Origin: an uncultured cyanobacterium
Lineage (GTDB): Bacteria; Cyanobacteriota; Cyanobacteriia; CAKZMO01
Direction of reading: 5' to 3'
Assembly (NCBI GenBank): GCA_963719515.1
Contig: CAVRCJ010000006.1
Coordinates: forward strand, 320,001-384,000
DNA: 64,000 bases
In this document: positions 9,391 to 24,022 of the stretch, one piece after another
Numbering within the stretch: the first letter of the stretch is position 1
How the letters are laid out: the number at the start of each line of letters is the position of its first letter
Made by a program: the position numbers and the translations under genes
Notes under the pieces: model-generated
What the model was told of the DNA's origin: nothing
Database searches by the model: none
What the model saw: only the letters and a program-made list of their open reading frames with translations

Positions 9391-9464
9391 GGGTCTTGTT
9401 TAAAGGTGAATGATTGAGCTAGCGCGATCGTCGACAACAAACGCGATCGCGCTAACGATAAAGG

Positions 9465-10985
9465 CTACAGAGAAGCCTTAAAGACCTGCTTATACTCAGT
9501 CAGCACGTCCTTCATGAGGCCAACAACGGCATCGGAGAACTTCTTGTTCTCTTTCTCCACCAGCTCAGGGTAGTCCGTGCGGTTGGTTTTCATATAGTCT
9601 CGCAGCCCATTGGCAAAGTCCGCCACCTTATCCACAGGCAAGTCGTCTAGGTAACCGTTAATGCCTGCGTAGATGAGGATGGCCTGCTCAGCTACAGACA
9701 GCGGCGAGTACTGGGGCTGCTTGAGCAGCTCCCGTAGACGCTGACCACGAGAGATCTGGTTCTGCGTCGCCTTGTCGAGGTCAGAGGCAAACTGGGCAAA
9801 GGCCTGCAGCTCGTCAAACTGAGCTAGCTCCAGCTTTAGCTTACCGGCCACCTTCTTCATCAGCTTGGTCTGGGCCGCCGAACCCACCCGGGAGACGGAG
9901 ATACCAGCATTCACCGCAGGCCGTAAGCCAGAGTTAAACAGATCAGAAGACAGGAAGATCTGACCGTCGGTAATGGAGATCACGTTGGTAGGAATGTATG
10001 CCGAGACGTCACCCGCCTGAGTTTCGATAATAGGCAGAGCCGTCATGCTGCCCTCGCCCAGCGCTTCGCTGAGCTTGGCGGCCCGCTCTAGCAGACGAGA
10101 GTGTAGGAAGAAGACGTCTCCGGGATAGGCCTCACGTCCGGGCGGACGACGCAGCAGCAGGGACATTTGGCGGTAGGCCTGGGCTTGCTTGGTAAGGTCA
10201 TCGTAGACCACCAGCGTAGCTTTGCCGTTGTACATAAAGTACTCGGCGATGGACGCACCCGTGTAGGGAGCTAGATACTGTAGGGCGGCAGGGTCACTAG
10301 CGTTAGCGGCGACGACAATGGTGTATTCCATTGCGCCACGCTCCTCAAGGGCGTCGACGACCTGGGCCACCGTGGAGGCCTTTTGACCGATGGCGACGTA
10401 GACGCAGATCACGTCCTCTGATGCCTGGTTAAGGATGGTATCTACGGCAATAGAGGTCTTACCGGTCTGACGGTCACCAATGATGAGCTCTCGCTGGCCC
10501 CGACCAATAGGAATCATGGAGTCGATGGCGGTGATGCCGGTTTGTAGCGGCTCGTATACCGACTTACGGGCAATAATTCCTGGTGCAACTCCATCAATCA
10601 GGCGGGATTCACTGGTTTCAATAGCGCCCTTTCCGTCAATGGGTCGACCCAAAGCGTCGACCACCCGGCCCACCATGGCATCTCCTACAGGCACATCGGC
10701 GATGCGGCCCGTAGCCGTCACTGAGCTACCTTCTTGAATGTTGCGACCGCTGCCCATCAGCACGACGCCGACGTTGTCTTCTTCTAGGTTGAGGGCGATA
10801 CCAACGGTACCGTCTTCAAACTCAAGCAGCTCTGACGCCATGGCCTGATCGAGGCCGTATACGCGGGCAATCCCGTCACCGATGGAAAGCACTGTCCCAA
10901 CGGTGGAGACCTTGACTTCCTGGTCGTACTGCTCAATCTGCTGCTGAATAATGCTGCTAATTTCGTCTGGTTTAATGCTTACCAT
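9465..10985 (-). CDS. atpA: F1 ATP synthase subunit alpha
   Basis: [22 protein letters not shown]. Confidence 0.99.
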   Translation of the reverse strand: MVSIKPDEISSIIQQQIEQYDQEVKVSTVGTVLSIGDGIARVYGLDQAMASELLEFEDGTVGIALNLEEDNVGVVLMGSGRNIQEGSSVTATGRIADVPVGDAMVGRVVDALGRPIDGKGAIETSESRLIDGVAPGIIARKSVYEPLQTGITAIDSMIPIGRGQRELIIGDRQTGKTSIAVDTILNQASEDVICVYVAIGQKASTVAQVVDALEERGAMEYTIVVAANASDPAALQYLAPYTGASIAEYFMYNGKATLVVYDDLTKQAQAYRQMSLLLRRPPGREAYPGDVFFLHSRLLERAAKLSEALGEGSMTALPIIETQAGDVSAYIPTNVISITDGQIFLSSDLFNSGLRPAVNAGISVSRVGSAAQTKLMKKVAGKLKLELAQFDELQAFAQFASDLDKATQNQISRGQRLRELLKQPQYSPLSVAEQAILIYAGINGYLDDLPVDKVADFANGLRDYMKTNRTDYPELVEKENKKFSDAVVGLMKDVLTEYKQVFKASL

Positions 10986-11079
10986 AGGTCTTCCTCAACG
11001 TAGTTGTTCGTCGTTCCATTGCTTGCGATCGCGGCAGAAATTCATCTCAAATGCTACAGCGGAGCCGCCTGCCGTTCTC

Positions 11080-11634
11080 CTAGGATCCGGATATGGACCC
11101 CAGCTTCAAACCGATGCGGCGAAGCTGACCGCGCAGGCTGGCGTCAATCACCTGAGAGCCCACCTTAATAATCACACCGCCAATGAGGTCGGGGTCAATT
11201 CGGGTTTCAAGCTCAATTTGATTGGCCTGAGTGAATCCCAGCACTTTTTGCCGAACGGATTCTTGCTGCTCATCTGACAGAGAAATCGCCGACGTTACCT
11301 CCGCCAGCACCGTGCCATTGCGCTCACGAACCCTAGCCTGATACTCGACGCAAATGCTGTCCAGGTAAGAAATACGCCCTTTATCAATCAACAGCATCAA
11401 AAAGCTGCGAGTGTAAGGGTCTAAATCCTCGGCGGCGCGGGTCAATACGCCCTTTTTGACGTCGTTTTGAATCAGTGGATTTCCCAGAAGATTTCGCAGC
11501 TCCTCTGATTCACCCAGAAGCTGCCGCAGCCCGCGAATATCTTCCGCTATAGCGTCAACTTTTCCCTGAGCGTCGGCGAGAGACATCAGCGCTACCGCAT
11601 AGGGCGATGCAATTTCAGACGTCATAGCTGCCAT
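11080..11634 (-). CDS. atpH: F1 ATP synthase subunit delta (cyanobacterial atpD)
   Basis: IASPYAVAL, DPDLIGGVIIKVGSQVIDAS; operon position. Confidence 0.96.
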   Translation of the reverse strand: MAAMTSEIASPYAVALMSLADAQGKVDAIAEDIRGLRQLLGESEELRNLLGNPLIQNDVKKGVLTRAAEDLDPYTRSFLMLLIDKGRISYLDSICVEYQARVRERNGTVLAEVTSAISLSDEQQESVRQKVLGFTQANQIELETRIDPDLIGGVIIKVGSQVIDASLRGQLRRIGLKLGSISGS

Positions 11635-11637
11635 GAA

Positions 11638-12195
11638 TTATTCTCCCAACATTGTGATACTTTTATCTACCAGACGCTGCTGGGTAGAGTCGTCTAAATC
11701 AGAACGGAGGCGCTCCTCGGTGCGCTGCAGCGCCATCTCGGCCACTCGCTGTCGCAGCTCAGCCACCATGCGATCGCGCTGGGATGTCGTGTCTTGGACC
11801 GCAGCCGCCCGCAGTCGCTCCACATCCTTCTCAGATTGATCAAGGACAGCCTGACGGGCCACTTCGGCACGGCCTTCAGCATCCTTAAGTAACTTTGCCG
11901 CTTCGGTTTGCGCCTGAGCCAGCTTTTGCTGCTCTTCTGCAAGGTTCGCTGCCGCGTCCTGTTTACGCTGCTCGGCATCTCGAATCTCTGATTCGATGCG
12001 CGATCGCCGCTCAGCCAGAGTACTTCCTAGAAATCCGCGGCCAAAATAGACGAGAACGCCAATAATAATGACTAGATTAATTAAATTGGTATCCAGCAGA
12101 TTTAAGTTGAGAGCAAATCCATGCTCTTCGGCTGCTTCAGACGCTTCAGCGCCGATAGCGCTAGCCTCTACAGCAAGGAGAAATAACGTTCCCAT
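11638..12195 (-). CDS. atpF: F0 ATP synthase subunit b
   Basis: NLLDTNLINL TM segment plus coiled coil; start could be 12204. Confidence 0.95.
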   Translation of the reverse strand: MGTLFLLAVEASAIGAEASEAAEEHGFALNLNLLDTNLINLVIIIGVLVYFGRGFLGSTLAERRSRIESEIRDAEQRKQDAAANLAEEQQKLAQAQTEAAKLLKDAEGRAEVARQAVLDQSEKDVERLRAAAVQDTTSQRDRMVAELRQRVAEMALQRTEERLRSDLDDSTQQRLVDKSITMLGE

Positions 12196-12273
12196 GTCGT
12201 TCACTTTCGATTTAGCACGTTTCTACATCATTCTAGAAATACTGGCCAGGCGCTGCAGTTCATGAGGCTTCAG

Positions 12274-12750
12274 TTAAACGCTCAAGAGGCGGTCTAGAAT
12301 CTGCTGACTTAAGCTATTTACCTGGCCCTCTAAAGTAGCCATAGCAGACGTCCGCTGTTCCTCAAGCTCTGTTTGAACTTGTTCACGCTGCGCTTGAGCC
12401 TCTTGCTGCGCTTTTGCGATCTCCTGGGACGCAATCTGCTGTGCCTCAGCCTGAGCGTTGGTTACAATCTCTTGAGTGCGACGCCGCGTTGACGCTAGCT
12501 CACTCTCATATTGCTCGGCTAGCTTCTTTGCTTTGGATAGCCGCTCTTCAGCAGCGGTAATACTATCGCGCACGAGTCCTTCGCGCTCGTCAATCATTCG
12601 GCCCAACGGCTTATAGAAAAGCGCATTTAGTGCGGCAACTAGCAGTAAAAATTGAACCGCCATCAGCGGCAGAGTCGCGTCGAGGTCAAACAGTCCACCG
12701 GCTTCTTCAGCCGCTGCCTCTACCGCGAATAAAATCGTCCAGCAGGTCAT
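12274..12750 (-). CDS. atpF2: F0 ATP synthase subunit b' (cyanobacterial atpG)
   Basis: [17 protein letters not shown]; operon position; start placed at MTCW. Confidence 0.95.
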   Translation of the reverse strand: MTCWTILFAVEAAAEEAGGLFDLDATLPLMAVQFLLLVAALNALFYKPLGRMIDEREGLVRDSITAAEERLSKAKKLAEQYESELASTRRRTQEIVTNAQAEAQQIASQEIAKAQQEAQAQREQVQTELEEQRTSAMATLEGQVNSLSQQILDRLLSV

Positions 12751-12836
12751 AACAATATCCCGACAGCTATAGAAGGGAGCAAATAGGCAAAGCAAATATG
12801 GGCAGAAATCAGTTGACTTCCGCCCAAAGATGTGGC

Positions 12837-13097
<261 letters not shown>

Positions 13098-13266
13098 TTA
13101 AGTAAACTAAAACTTTTCTTTCAGACAAACCAGCTTGGCGGCTAAACCAAGCGCAAACACTACGCAGAACAGCCAGCAGGCTTGCCCTAGACCCTACTCA
13201 GAATTCATCCGAGAAGCACCTCAGCAGACCTGCAGAACTATCCTTCGCCTGAACACAAGCATTAAG

Positions 13267-14013
13267 CTACTCGTGCTCACCGTGGTCTTCCATAGCCTCA
13301 CCGATATAGGCTGCTGCTAGAGTCGCAAAAATCAGAGCCTGAATTGCGCTCGTGAACAGCCCGAGAACCATTAGCGGCAGAGGAACAAACAAAGGCACGA
13401 GCAAAACCAGTACCGCGACGACCAACTCATCCGCCAGAATGTTTCCGAAAAGACGGAAGCTGAGGGACAAGGGCTTAGTAAAATCTTCCAGTATCTTGAA
13501 CGGCAGCATAATCGGTGCCGGTTCAACATAATTTGCGAAATACCCAAGACCCTTCTTGCTGAAGCCAGCGTAGAAGTAAGCCAGCGAAGTCAGTAGCGCA
13601 AGAGCAACTGTAGTGTTGATGTCGCTTGTTGGAGCAGCTAACTCGCCCTCTGGAAGCTCGAACAGCCGCCAGGGAACAAGCGCACCAGACCAATTTGACA
13701 CAAAGATAAACAAGAACAATGTACCAACAAATGGCACCCACGGACGATATTCCTTCTCTCCAATTTGAGTTTTGGCCAGATCTCGAATGAATTCCAGCGC
13801 ATACTCCATCAGGTTTTGAAGGCCGCTTGGAATTCGCTGTAGATTGCGGGAAGACAAAAATGCCACCCCAATCAGCAGCGCAATCACAAACCAGGAGGTC
13901 AGAAAGACCTGACCATGTAGCTTCAAATTACCAACTTGCCAATACAGATGATTGCCGACTTCAAGCTCAGCAAGGTGTAGGGTTGTTAGATTAAATCCGT
14001 TCAGCAGTCCCAT
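13267..14013 (-). CDS. atpB: F0 ATP synthase subunit a
   Basis: [23 protein letters not shown]. Confidence 0.98.
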   Translation of the reverse strand: MGLLNGFNLTTLHLAELEVGNHLYWQVGNLKLHGQVFLTSWFVIALLIGVAFLSSRNLQRIPSGLQNLMEYALEFIRDLAKTQIGEKEYRPWVPFVGTLFLFIFVSNWSGALVPWRLFELPEGELAAPTSDINTTVALALLTSLAYFYAGFSKKGLGYFANYVEPAPIMLPFKILEDFTKPLSLSFRLFGNILADELVVAVLVLLVPLFVPLPLMVLGLFTSAIQALIFATLAAAYIGEAMEDHGEHE

Positions 14014-14084
14014 GGGACAAATGCCCTCAAAAAATCAATTTAGAATCACGGCGCGGAGGTCAGACGTCCAGGCGGAAGCTGATC

Positions 14085-14591
14085 TCAAGACGATGAGTCT
14101 GAGAAAACACCTCGAATAACATAGACGATTAGGGCCGCTTTATAGGTCAGAAAACCTAGGAAGATTGGTAAAATCTCTAGCTGATTAACGCGAGATGCGA
14201 TTAAAATCACTCCTACGAGGAGCGCTAGCCGACTGTTACCTAGCCGCGCCCGCTGACGCCCCAGCTGTCCCACATGCTTGGCTAACATGTTGAGATAGAT
14301 TAGGCCGGTAGAGGCTCCAATTAAGTAGTTGAGCGCTACGTTTGAACCGTAGACCCACCAGACGGAACCCACTGCCAAGCCGGCCAACGCCACAGTCAAT
14401 ACCAGCAGCTCACGGCGGAGCTGCTGGTATTCTTGAATGGAGTCGTCAGGCTCTACTGAAAGAGATGCTGCGGAAACTGGGGCCTCTGCTTCGGGTAATG
14501 CCTCTACTTCTGTAGAGGCATTAACTTCAGGAGAAGCGCTGCCTGTCTCGTTAGCTTGCTCAGGTTTAGCCGCGATCGCTCGATCAGTCAA
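14085..14591 (-). CDS. atpI: ATP synthase protein I (atp1)
   Basis: Four hydrophobic segments, PIFLGFLTYKAAL; first gene of the operon; start uncertain. Confidence 0.9.
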   Translation of the reverse strand: MTDRAIAAKPEQANETGSASPEVNASTEVEALPEAEAPVSAASLSVEPDDSIQEYQQLRRELLVLTVALAGLAVGSVWWVYGSNVALNYLIGASTGLIYLNMLAKHVGQLGRQRARLGNSRLALLVGVILIASRVNQLEILPIFLGFLTYKAALIVYVIRGVFSDSSS

Positions 14592-15226
14592 GGGAAATAC
14601 CGGTGGCAGTTAGAGGGCTGTGGCTGCGCGAGCCACAGGAGATCATAACATGCAGCGCTGCCCGAACCACATAAAAAATTAAGGTTTGTCTGGAAGCTAG
14701 CAGCGGCCCAGGATCAGCCCAAGATCAATAGCGTACTGGAAGCGATCCGGGGGTCACAAAATCGTAGTCGGTCGAATCAACCAAATTTTGGGTTGGGGAT
14801 CATGGGGATTCAGATTCACCCCATGGGCAGGCTCGCCTGTGGTTCAGCCCCTGTCCAAGCGGGGGAACTCAACAAAACTTATCCTCTTTCCTCACGATTC
14901 AGCAGCGTCCTCTATCATATTCACTATCTTGTCTTCAAGAAATCGCTGCGCTTTGATGGGCTAATGAGTTCTACACACTTTTTAATAAATCCCCGCAGCG
15001 ATCCCAAAACGATTTAACCTGAATCTTGAGCTGGGTCAAACCTTAGGCATTTGCCAGAGTTGATTTCGCAGGTCTTCTATAGCGTGTAGTCATGCCTTGT
15101 GTATCAATAGGCTACTCGCACGCAGTGGGTCTGCTTTGAGTTAGCCCTCCGCTAGTCACCCGGCAACAGCCCGTTTTGAATCTTGATATTGACAACCGCT
15201 ATTAATTTATCAATGGGAGCTTTTGA

Positions 15227-17947
<2,721 letters not shown>

Positions 17948-17986
17948 ATCCCGTCTGGGCAGCCGTCCTAGCGCCCGCCCACTAGC

Positions 17987-18030
17987 CGACAAGGCAGCCG
18001 GTCCCTACCCCAATACCGGCTGCCTTGTCG
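17987..18030 (+). terminator. 16-bp stem-loop between apcE and apcA
   Basis: cgacaaggcagccggt...accggctgccttgtcg. Confidence 0.6.
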
Positions 18031-18225
18031 TGCGCCGTCGCTGGGCCAAGGTAATCGGGAAAATCGTTAAGAAAATGAGTAAGACTGTTACGAAATATTG
18101 CTGCTCAGCTCGAATGGTGAGCGCAATGCCGCAGAATTATTCCGGAGGCGGTTAGGCTCTAACCCTTCTAAACGCCAGCATTAGATAATTTCTGGTCAAT
18201 CTATTTTTTTTGGAGGACTTTGTCG

Positions 18226-18711
18226 ATGAGCATTGTCACGAAATCTATCGTGAACGCCGACGCCGAGGCTCGTTACCTCAGCCCTGGCGAATTGGATCGC
18301 ATCAAGTCGTTCGTAACGTCTGGTCAGCGCCGCCTGCGCGTTGCACAGACGCTAACTGAATCTCGCGAGCGGATCGTCAAGCAAGCCGGTGACGCACTTT
18401 TCCAAAAGCGTCCTGACGTAGTTTCTCCCGGCGGCAACGCCTATGGTGAGGAAATGACGGCGACTTGTCTACGCGACATGGATTACTATCTTCGTCTAAT
18501 CACCTACGGTGTGGTTTCCGGCGACGTCACGCCCATTGAAGAAATCGGCATCGTTGGCGTCCGCGAGATGTACAAGTCTCTCGGAACCCCCATTGAAGCG
18601 GTCGCTCAGGCTATTGCTGAGATGAAGAACGTAGCGACATCCATGATGTCCGGTGAGGACGCTTCTGAAGCAGGTTCTTACTTCGACTACGTTATCGGCG
18701 CAATGCAGTAG
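18226..18711 (+). CDS. apcA: Allophycocyanin alpha subunit
   Basis: [33 protein letters not shown]. Confidence 0.99.
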   Translation: MSIVTKSIVNADAEARYLSPGELDRIKSFVTSGQRRLRVAQTLTESRERIVKQAGDALFQKRPDVVSPGGNAYGEEMTATCLRDMDYYLRLITYGVVSGDVTPIEEIGIVGVREMYKSLGTPIEAVAQAIAEMKNVATSMMSGEDASEAGSYFDYVIGAMQ

Positions 18712-18778
18712 AAATACGAACGTTTTGATTTCTCAACGTTTGCTGTAAAACATAATTTTGGTTTAGGGAAGCGAAATA

Positions 18779-19264
18779 ATGCAAGACGCAATCACTTCTG
18801 TAATTAATTCCTCCGACGTCCAGGGCAAGTACCTAGACGGTTCGGCAATGGATAAGCTCAAGAGCTACTTCGAGACTGGTGAACTGCGCGTTCGTGCGGC
18901 AACCACCATCAGCGCTAATGCGGCTAGCATCGTCAAGGAAGCCGTTGCTAAGTCTCTGCTGTACTCAGACATCACCCGTCCGGGCGGCAACATGTATACG
19001 ACCCGTCGCTATGCGGCCTGCATCCGCGACCTCGACTACTACCTGCGCTACTCCACCTACGCGATGCTCGCAGGCGATCCTTCCATCCTTGATGAGCGGG
19101 TTCTCAACGGCCTGAAGGAAACCTACAACTCTCTGGGTGTGCCCGTCGGTGCTACCGTTCAGGCAATCCAGGCTATGAAAGAGGTTACCGCGAGCCTAGT
19201 CGGATCTGACGCTGGCAAAGAGATGGGTGTCTATCTAGACTACATCTGCTCTGGCTTGAGCTAA
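18779..19264 (+). CDS. apcB: Allophycocyanin beta subunit
   Basis: [20 protein letters not shown]. Confidence 0.99.
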   Translation: MQDAITSVINSSDVQGKYLDGSAMDKLKSYFETGELRVRAATTISANAASIVKEAVAKSLLYSDITRPGGNMYTTRRYAACIRDLDYYLRYSTYAMLAGDPSILDERVLNGLKETYNSLGVPVGATVQAIQAMKEVTASLVGSDAGKEMGVYLDYICSGLS

Positions 19265-19455
19265 CACAAGCGCCGCAATCGCTAGCTGCTGACTAGCGAA
19301 TGTAATCGCGCTAATTCGAGGGCTGGAAACTGTAGGTCGATTCTAGGCGGTCAAGGGCTGTAAAGCTGGGACGGTTTAGGCGATCGCAAGCTCCAGTCCT
19401 CATGTTGTAAGAAGAGTCATCTCGACATCTCCCGCATTAAATGAGGTATCGCTCC

Positions 19456-19659
19456 ATGCGAATGTTCAAAGTTACGGCTTGTGTTCCTAGCCAAACTCGA
19501 ATTCGGACGCAGCGTGAGCTGCAAAACACCTACTTTACTAAGCTTGTTCCCTACACCAATTGGTTTACGGAGCAGCAGCGTATTCAGAAGATGGGTGGCA
19601 AAATTGTTAAGGTCGAACTTGCTACCGGTAAGCCGGGCATGAATACCGGACTGGCCTAG
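19456..19659 (+). CDS. apcC: Phycobilisome small core linker
   Basis: MRMFKVTACVPSQTRIRTQRELQNTYFTKLVPY. Confidence 0.98.
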   Translation: MRMFKVTACVPSQTRIRTQRELQNTYFTKLVPYTNWFTEQQRIQKMGGKIVKVELATGKPGMNTGLA

Positions 19660-19700
19660 CGTTAGAGTTCTCCAGTTGAATCACGCTAGATTGCGCTACT

Positions 19701-19729
19701 GCGAAAGGGGTCATTTGGCCTCTTTTTGC
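19701..19729 (+). terminator. Likely intrinsic terminator after apcC
   Basis: aaaggggtca-tt-tggcctcttttt hairpin with T tract. Confidence 0.55.
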
Positions 19730-19816
19730 TGTTTTGGGCCATTGTCTAGGCCATTGTCTAGAGCACTGCGCTACCCTTCTTGCTACTGTGTCTCTAGCTC
19801 TCTATCTCTGTAGCTC

Positions 19817-20962
19817 ATGCTCCGCTACTTGTTCCCCATCATCGATCCCTCGGCAAAACACTGGGCATTTGAGGCACGGCTGCTCCGCTGGCTAACGCTA
19901 ATCTGGCTCCTTGTGGGGCTGATCGTGCTGTTCTCCGCCTCCTATGTGGTCGCTGACGCAGAGCGAGGTGACGGTATGTACTACTTTAAAATGCAGCTGC
20001 TGTGGATCTTTGCTGGACTGACGCTTTTCAATAGCTTGGCGTACCTGCCGCTGAGGCGGGTCGTGAGCGGAGCCCCTTTAATATTTGTGGCAGTGTTTCT
20101 GCTGATTGTGGCTACGATAGTTCCTGGCGTCGGCACCACCGTCAATGGGGCCACCCGCTGGCTGCTGATCGGTCCTATCAGCATTCAGCCTTCAGAATTG
20201 ATCAAGCCATTGCTCATCCTGCAGAGCGCCCGCATTTTTGGACAATGGAATGCCATTCGCCTCGGCACGCGGCTGGGCTGGATATTATTTTTTATTGTGG
20301 TTACTGGCTGCATTTTGATACAGCCTAACCTCAGCACTGCGGCGCTCTGCGGCCTTGTCGTCTGGAGCATTGCTCTAGCCTCAGGCCTGCCCATGAAATA
20401 TCTCAGCAGCGCGGCCCTCAGCGGCTTCACCGTAGCGGCTTTGAGCATTGGTTTTAGAGAGTATCAGCGGCGGCGCTTCATCTCATTTCTCAACCCCTGG
20501 AATTCTCCCACTGGAGATGGCTATCAGCTGGTTCAAAGCCTGCTGGCCATCGGGTCTGGCGGCCTCTGGGGCACGGGTTTGGGGTTCTCGTATCAGAAAC
20601 TGTTCTACCTGCCTATTCAGTACACTGACTTTATCTTCTCGGTCTTTGCTGAGGAATTTGGCTTTGTTGGGTCGCTATTTCTGCTGCTGCTGCTGCTGCT
20701 TTACGGAACGATTGGGCTGCGGGTGGCTCTAAAAGCCACTTCGTCTCTGCATCAGCTAGTGGCAATCGGGGCTGTTCTTTTGCTCATTGGCCAAGCCATC
20801 CTTAACATCGGCGTAGCGGCAGGGGCACTGCCGACCACAGGGTTACCCTTTCCCCTGATGAGCTACGGCGGGAGCTCTATGATTGGCAGTCTGGCGGTAG
20901 CGGGTCTACTGGTACGCGTTGCTCGAGAAAGCTGCGGGGCCGAGGTGGTGCCGCTCTCGTAG
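19817..20962 (+). CDS. ftsW: SEDS family protein FtsW/RodA
   Basis: GATRW, QPSELIK, TDFIFSVFAEEFG, PLMSYGGSS. Confidence 0.93.
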   Translation: MLRYLFPIIDPSAKHWAFEARLLRWLTLIWLLVGLIVLFSASYVVADAERGDGMYYFKMQLLWIFAGLTLFNSLAYLPLRRVVSGAPLIFVAVFLLIVATIVPGVGTTVNGATRWLLIGPISIQPSELIKPLLILQSARIFGQWNAIRLGTRLGWILFFIVVTGCILIQPNLSTAALCGLVVWSIALASGLPMKYLSSAALSGFTVAALSIGFREYQRRRFISFLNPWNSPTGDGYQLVQSLLAIGSGGLWGTGLGFSYQKLFYLPIQYTDFIFSVFAEEFGFVGSLFLLLLLLLYGTIGLRVALKATSSLHQLVAIGAVLLLIGQAILNIGVAAGALPTTGLPFPLMSYGGSSMIGSLAVAGLLVRVARESCGAEVVPLS

Positions 20963-21053
20963 GGGAGCAGGGCGGCGATCGCCGTGAGGCAACACCGTCT
21001 TCAAGGGTTAAGTCCGCTAAGATTAAGACGTAGCGGCTCGGCGAGCATCTCAC

Positions 21054-21785
21054 ATGGATACCCTTCAGCTTTGGCTTTATGACATAGAGCAGCTTGCAGA
21101 CTCTACGGTAGTCAGCCAGCTCGACCACCTCAGCTTCTTTAGCCTCGGCATCATTTTTTCAGCGGGACTGGTCACCAGCCTTACCCCCTGCATGCTTTCC
21201 ATGCTGCCCATCACGATTGGCTACATCGGCGGCTATGAGGCTAACAGCCGCTTTCAGGCTGCTAAGCAGTCGCTGTGGTTTGCCTTGGGTCTGGCCACTA
21301 CCTTGGCGGCGTTAGGACTTTTGGCGGCGATCGCCGGCCGAGTCTATGGCCAAATTGGGGTCGGGCTACCGCTGGTGGTCAGCGCCTTAGCGATCGTCAT
21401 GGGGCTGAACTTACTGGGATTGCTACCCCTCAAATTCCCCAGCTTGGGAGCTACTGACTGGATCACCAAGGAACTGCCCGAGGGCATGCGGGCCTACCTA
21501 ATCGGCCTGACCTTTGGGCTAGTGGCCTCTCCCTGCAGTACCCCGGTGCTGGCGACGCTGTTGGGCTGGGTGTCTGCCACAGGCGACCCACTGCTGGGCG
21601 GCGGGCTGCTGCTGGCTTATACGGTGGGCTACGTGACGCCGCTGGTGCTGGCGGGCACTTTTACCGCCTCACTGAAGAAGCTGCTGGAGCTGCGTCAGTG
21701 GTCCAGCTGGATTACCCCCGCTAGCGGAGCGCTGCTGATTGGCTTTGGCGTGGTTTCCCTGATGCTGCGGCTGCCTGCAGTTTAG
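21054..21785 (+). CDS. ccdA: Cytochrome c biogenesis protein CcdA
   Basis: SLTPCMLSMLP and ASPCSTPVL TM cysteines. Confidence 0.95.
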   Translation: MDTLQLWLYDIEQLADSTVVSQLDHLSFFSLGIIFSAGLVTSLTPCMLSMLPITIGYIGGYEANSRFQAAKQSLWFALGLATTLAALGLLAAIAGRVYGQIGVGLPLVVSALAIVMGLNLLGLLPLKFPSLGATDWITKELPEGMRAYLIGLTFGLVASPCSTPVLATLLGWVSATGDPLLGGGLLLAYTVGYVTPLVLAGTFTASLKKLLELRQWSSWITPASGALLIGFGVVSLMLRLPAV

Positions 21786-21876
21786 GGCGAGCTCGCGCGT
21801 GGTGACGTCTTGGGCGGGCTAGCAGCGCTAGGCCCCTGCAAGATTTTCGGGTATTTACGAATTTACGACCGAGATT

Positions 21877-23274
21877 ATGACCGAACTCTCTCTTCCTCCA
21901 GCCATAGGGCGCTACTTCAAGCAGCAGGTGTCTCTACTGGCCGACCTGCGCCTCGCCATTGGGCTACTGCTGGCGATCGCCCTGTTCAGTATTGTGGGCA
22001 CCGTCATGGAGCAGGGGGAAACCGTCGCTTTTTACCAGGCCAACTACCCTGAAGAGCCAGCCCTGTTTGGCTTCTTAACCTGGCGAGTGATCCTGCAGTT
22101 TGGGCTCAACCACACTTACCAAACCTGGTGGTTTCTCGCTCTGCTGATTTTGTTTGGTGCTAGCCTAACCGCCTGCACCTTTACCCGCCAAGTTCCGGCA
22201 CTTAAAGCCGCCCGCCGCTGGAAGTTTTACCAGCAGTCCAGAGAGTTTCAGAAGCTAGCCCTTAGCGCCGAGATGGCTATCCCCACCGAAGGGTTAGACC
22301 GCGTTGAGGCGCTGCTGCTGAAGCGCCGCTACCGCATTTTCAAGGAAGGCAACAGCCTCTATGCCCGCAAAGGCATCGCAGGCCGAATCGGCCCGATTGT
22401 AGTGCATGCCAGCATGCTCATTATTCTCGCGGGGTCGATTCTGGGGTCAATGACGGGCTTTTTTGCCCAGGAAATGGTCCCTAGCGGCAACACCTTCCAG
22501 GTAAAAAACGTCTTCGAGGCTGGCCCCTGGGCAAAAAACCTGTTGCCTACCGATTGGGCCGTGCGGGTCAACCGCTTTTGGATTGACTACACGCCGGAGG
22601 GGGCAGTAGACCAGTTCTACTCTGACCTGACGGTGGTTGACGCCGACGGCGAGCCGCTTCACCACAAGGTCATCCACGTCAATGAGCCCATGCGCTACCA
22701 GGGCATCACTTTTTATCAAGCCGACTGGAGTATTGCGGGAGTAGAGGTGCGGGTCAACAGAAGCCCAACCCTGCAGCTGCCCATGGCATCCCTAGAGGCC
22801 GGCAGCGGCAAAATTTGGGGTACCTGGATTCCCACTAAGCCGGATCTAAGTGATGCGGTGGCGGTGGTGGCCAAAGATCTAAAGGGGACGCTGTTTCTCT
22901 ACGGCACGGACGGCGAGCTGTTGGGCAGCATTCGCGAGGGCATGTCTACTCAGGTAAACGGCGTCACGCTATACCTCGACCGAGTAGTGGGCAGCACGGG
23001 ACTGCAGATCAAAGCGGATCCGGGCATTCCGGTGGTGTATGCCGGGTTCGGCCTGCTGATGATCGGGGTGATCATGAGCTATGTCTCTCACTCTCAAGTG
23101 TGGGTACTGCGTGCGGAAGACGAGCTGTACGTCGGGGGACGGACAAACCGGGCTCAGGTGACCTTCGAGCGTGAGATTGTAGAAATTCTCGACCAGCTAT
23201 CAGGAGAGTCAGGCTCCGAGGGCAATCATGCTGAAGCGACTGAAGCGCGATCGCAGGAGCCGGCGCTGAACTAG
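21877..23274 (+). CDS. ccsB: Cytochrome c biogenesis protein CcsB (Ccs1/ResB)
   Basis: [33 protein letters not shown]. Confidence 0.95.
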   Translation: MTELSLPPAIGRYFKQQVSLLADLRLAIGLLLAIALFSIVGTVMEQGETVAFYQANYPEEPALFGFLTWRVILQFGLNHTYQTWWFLALLILFGASLTACTFTRQVPALKAARRWKFYQQSREFQKLALSAEMAIPTEGLDRVEALLLKRRYRIFKEGNSLYARKGIAGRIGPIVVHASMLIILAGSILGSMTGFFAQEMVPSGNTFQVKNVFEAGPWAKNLLPTDWAVRVNRFWIDYTPEGAVDQFYSDLTVVDADGEPLHHKVIHVNEPMRYQGITFYQADWSIAGVEVRVNRSPTLQLPMASLEAGSGKIWGTWIPTKPDLSDAVAVVAKDLKGTLFLYGTDGELLGSIREGMSTQVNGVTLYLDRVVGSTGLQIKADPGIPVVYAGFGLLMIGVIMSYVSHSQVWVLRAEDELYVGGRTNRAQVTFEREIVEILDQLSGESGSEGNHAEATEARSQEPALN

Positions 23275-23459
23275 TTCAGGTGAGCTACGCTAGTTTAGGC
23301 AAGTTTATCGTTCGTTACAAACAAACCTGAAGTAGATCCTGAAGTAACCTCAACTTTTCAGGATTTTTTCTGCTGCCCTGCGCCGCGATACTGAATTTAA
23401 GACAGCAAGGCACCGCTTACAGCAGCGTGCAACCTCCCAACCCCCAGGAGAATTTAATC

Positions 23460-23633
23460 ATGGTTGCTACTCCGAATAGACTATTTTCTGCTTCCCCTTC
23501 AACAATCTCCCCGCCTCCCCTCAAGACATCGGCTAAAGCGCCTCAGCCCCAGCAAAACCGCTACAGACTGACCGCCCGTTGGGTCTCAGAAGACGGCAAA
23601 TTAGTCTGCAGGTGGCTCCCAACAATCCAGTAG
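23460..23633 (+). CDS. Small hypothetical protein (57 aa)
   Basis: AGGAG ribosome-binding site before ATG 23460; C-terminal LTARWVSEDGKLVCRW. Confidence 0.55.
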   Translation: MVATPNRLFSASPSTISPPPLKTSAKAPQPQQNRYRLTARWVSEDGKLVCRWLPTIQ

Positions 23634-23770
23634 CGGACAGCGAATTTTAGGTAAGGCCAACAGAATCTCTTTGCCCCCTCAAAGCGAAGCAGCGTTGGCC
23701 CTTACCTAAGCCAGACGAGACATACCCAACCTCTTGATCCCCTGACCTCACCGTTAAGAAGGTCGCAACA

Positions 23771-24022
23771 ATGGCATTCCCTGAATCTGAATCCCCCGTA
23801 GCCTCTCTCGGTCTTATGCCCCAAAACAACGATCGTGCGTGCCCCACCCCACCAGAGGCACCGGCTGAAGCTGAGAGGAAAACCAATGCCGTCTACCTCC
23901 TCGCCCCAATTATCGCAGTGGTCTTGATCTATCTCGGCAGCGCTATGCTGATCACGGCAATTATTGACTTCAATCACTCGACTTTGATTGATGCCCCAGC
24001 TCAAATTGAGCGTCAGCGGTGA
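23771..24022 (+). CDS. Small hypothetical membrane protein
   Basis: 83-aa ORF with one long hydrophobic segment. Confidence 0.45.
   Translation: MAFPESESPVASLGLMPQNNDRACPTPPEAPAEAERKTNAVYLLAPIIAVVLIYLGSAMLITAIIDFNHSTLIDAPAQIERQR

Noticed and set aside
13511..13521. 11-nt match to the predicted guide flanking the 6337-6870 element, inside atpB
   Set aside because: Too short and not preceded by a YCGT-like TAM; compatible with chance.
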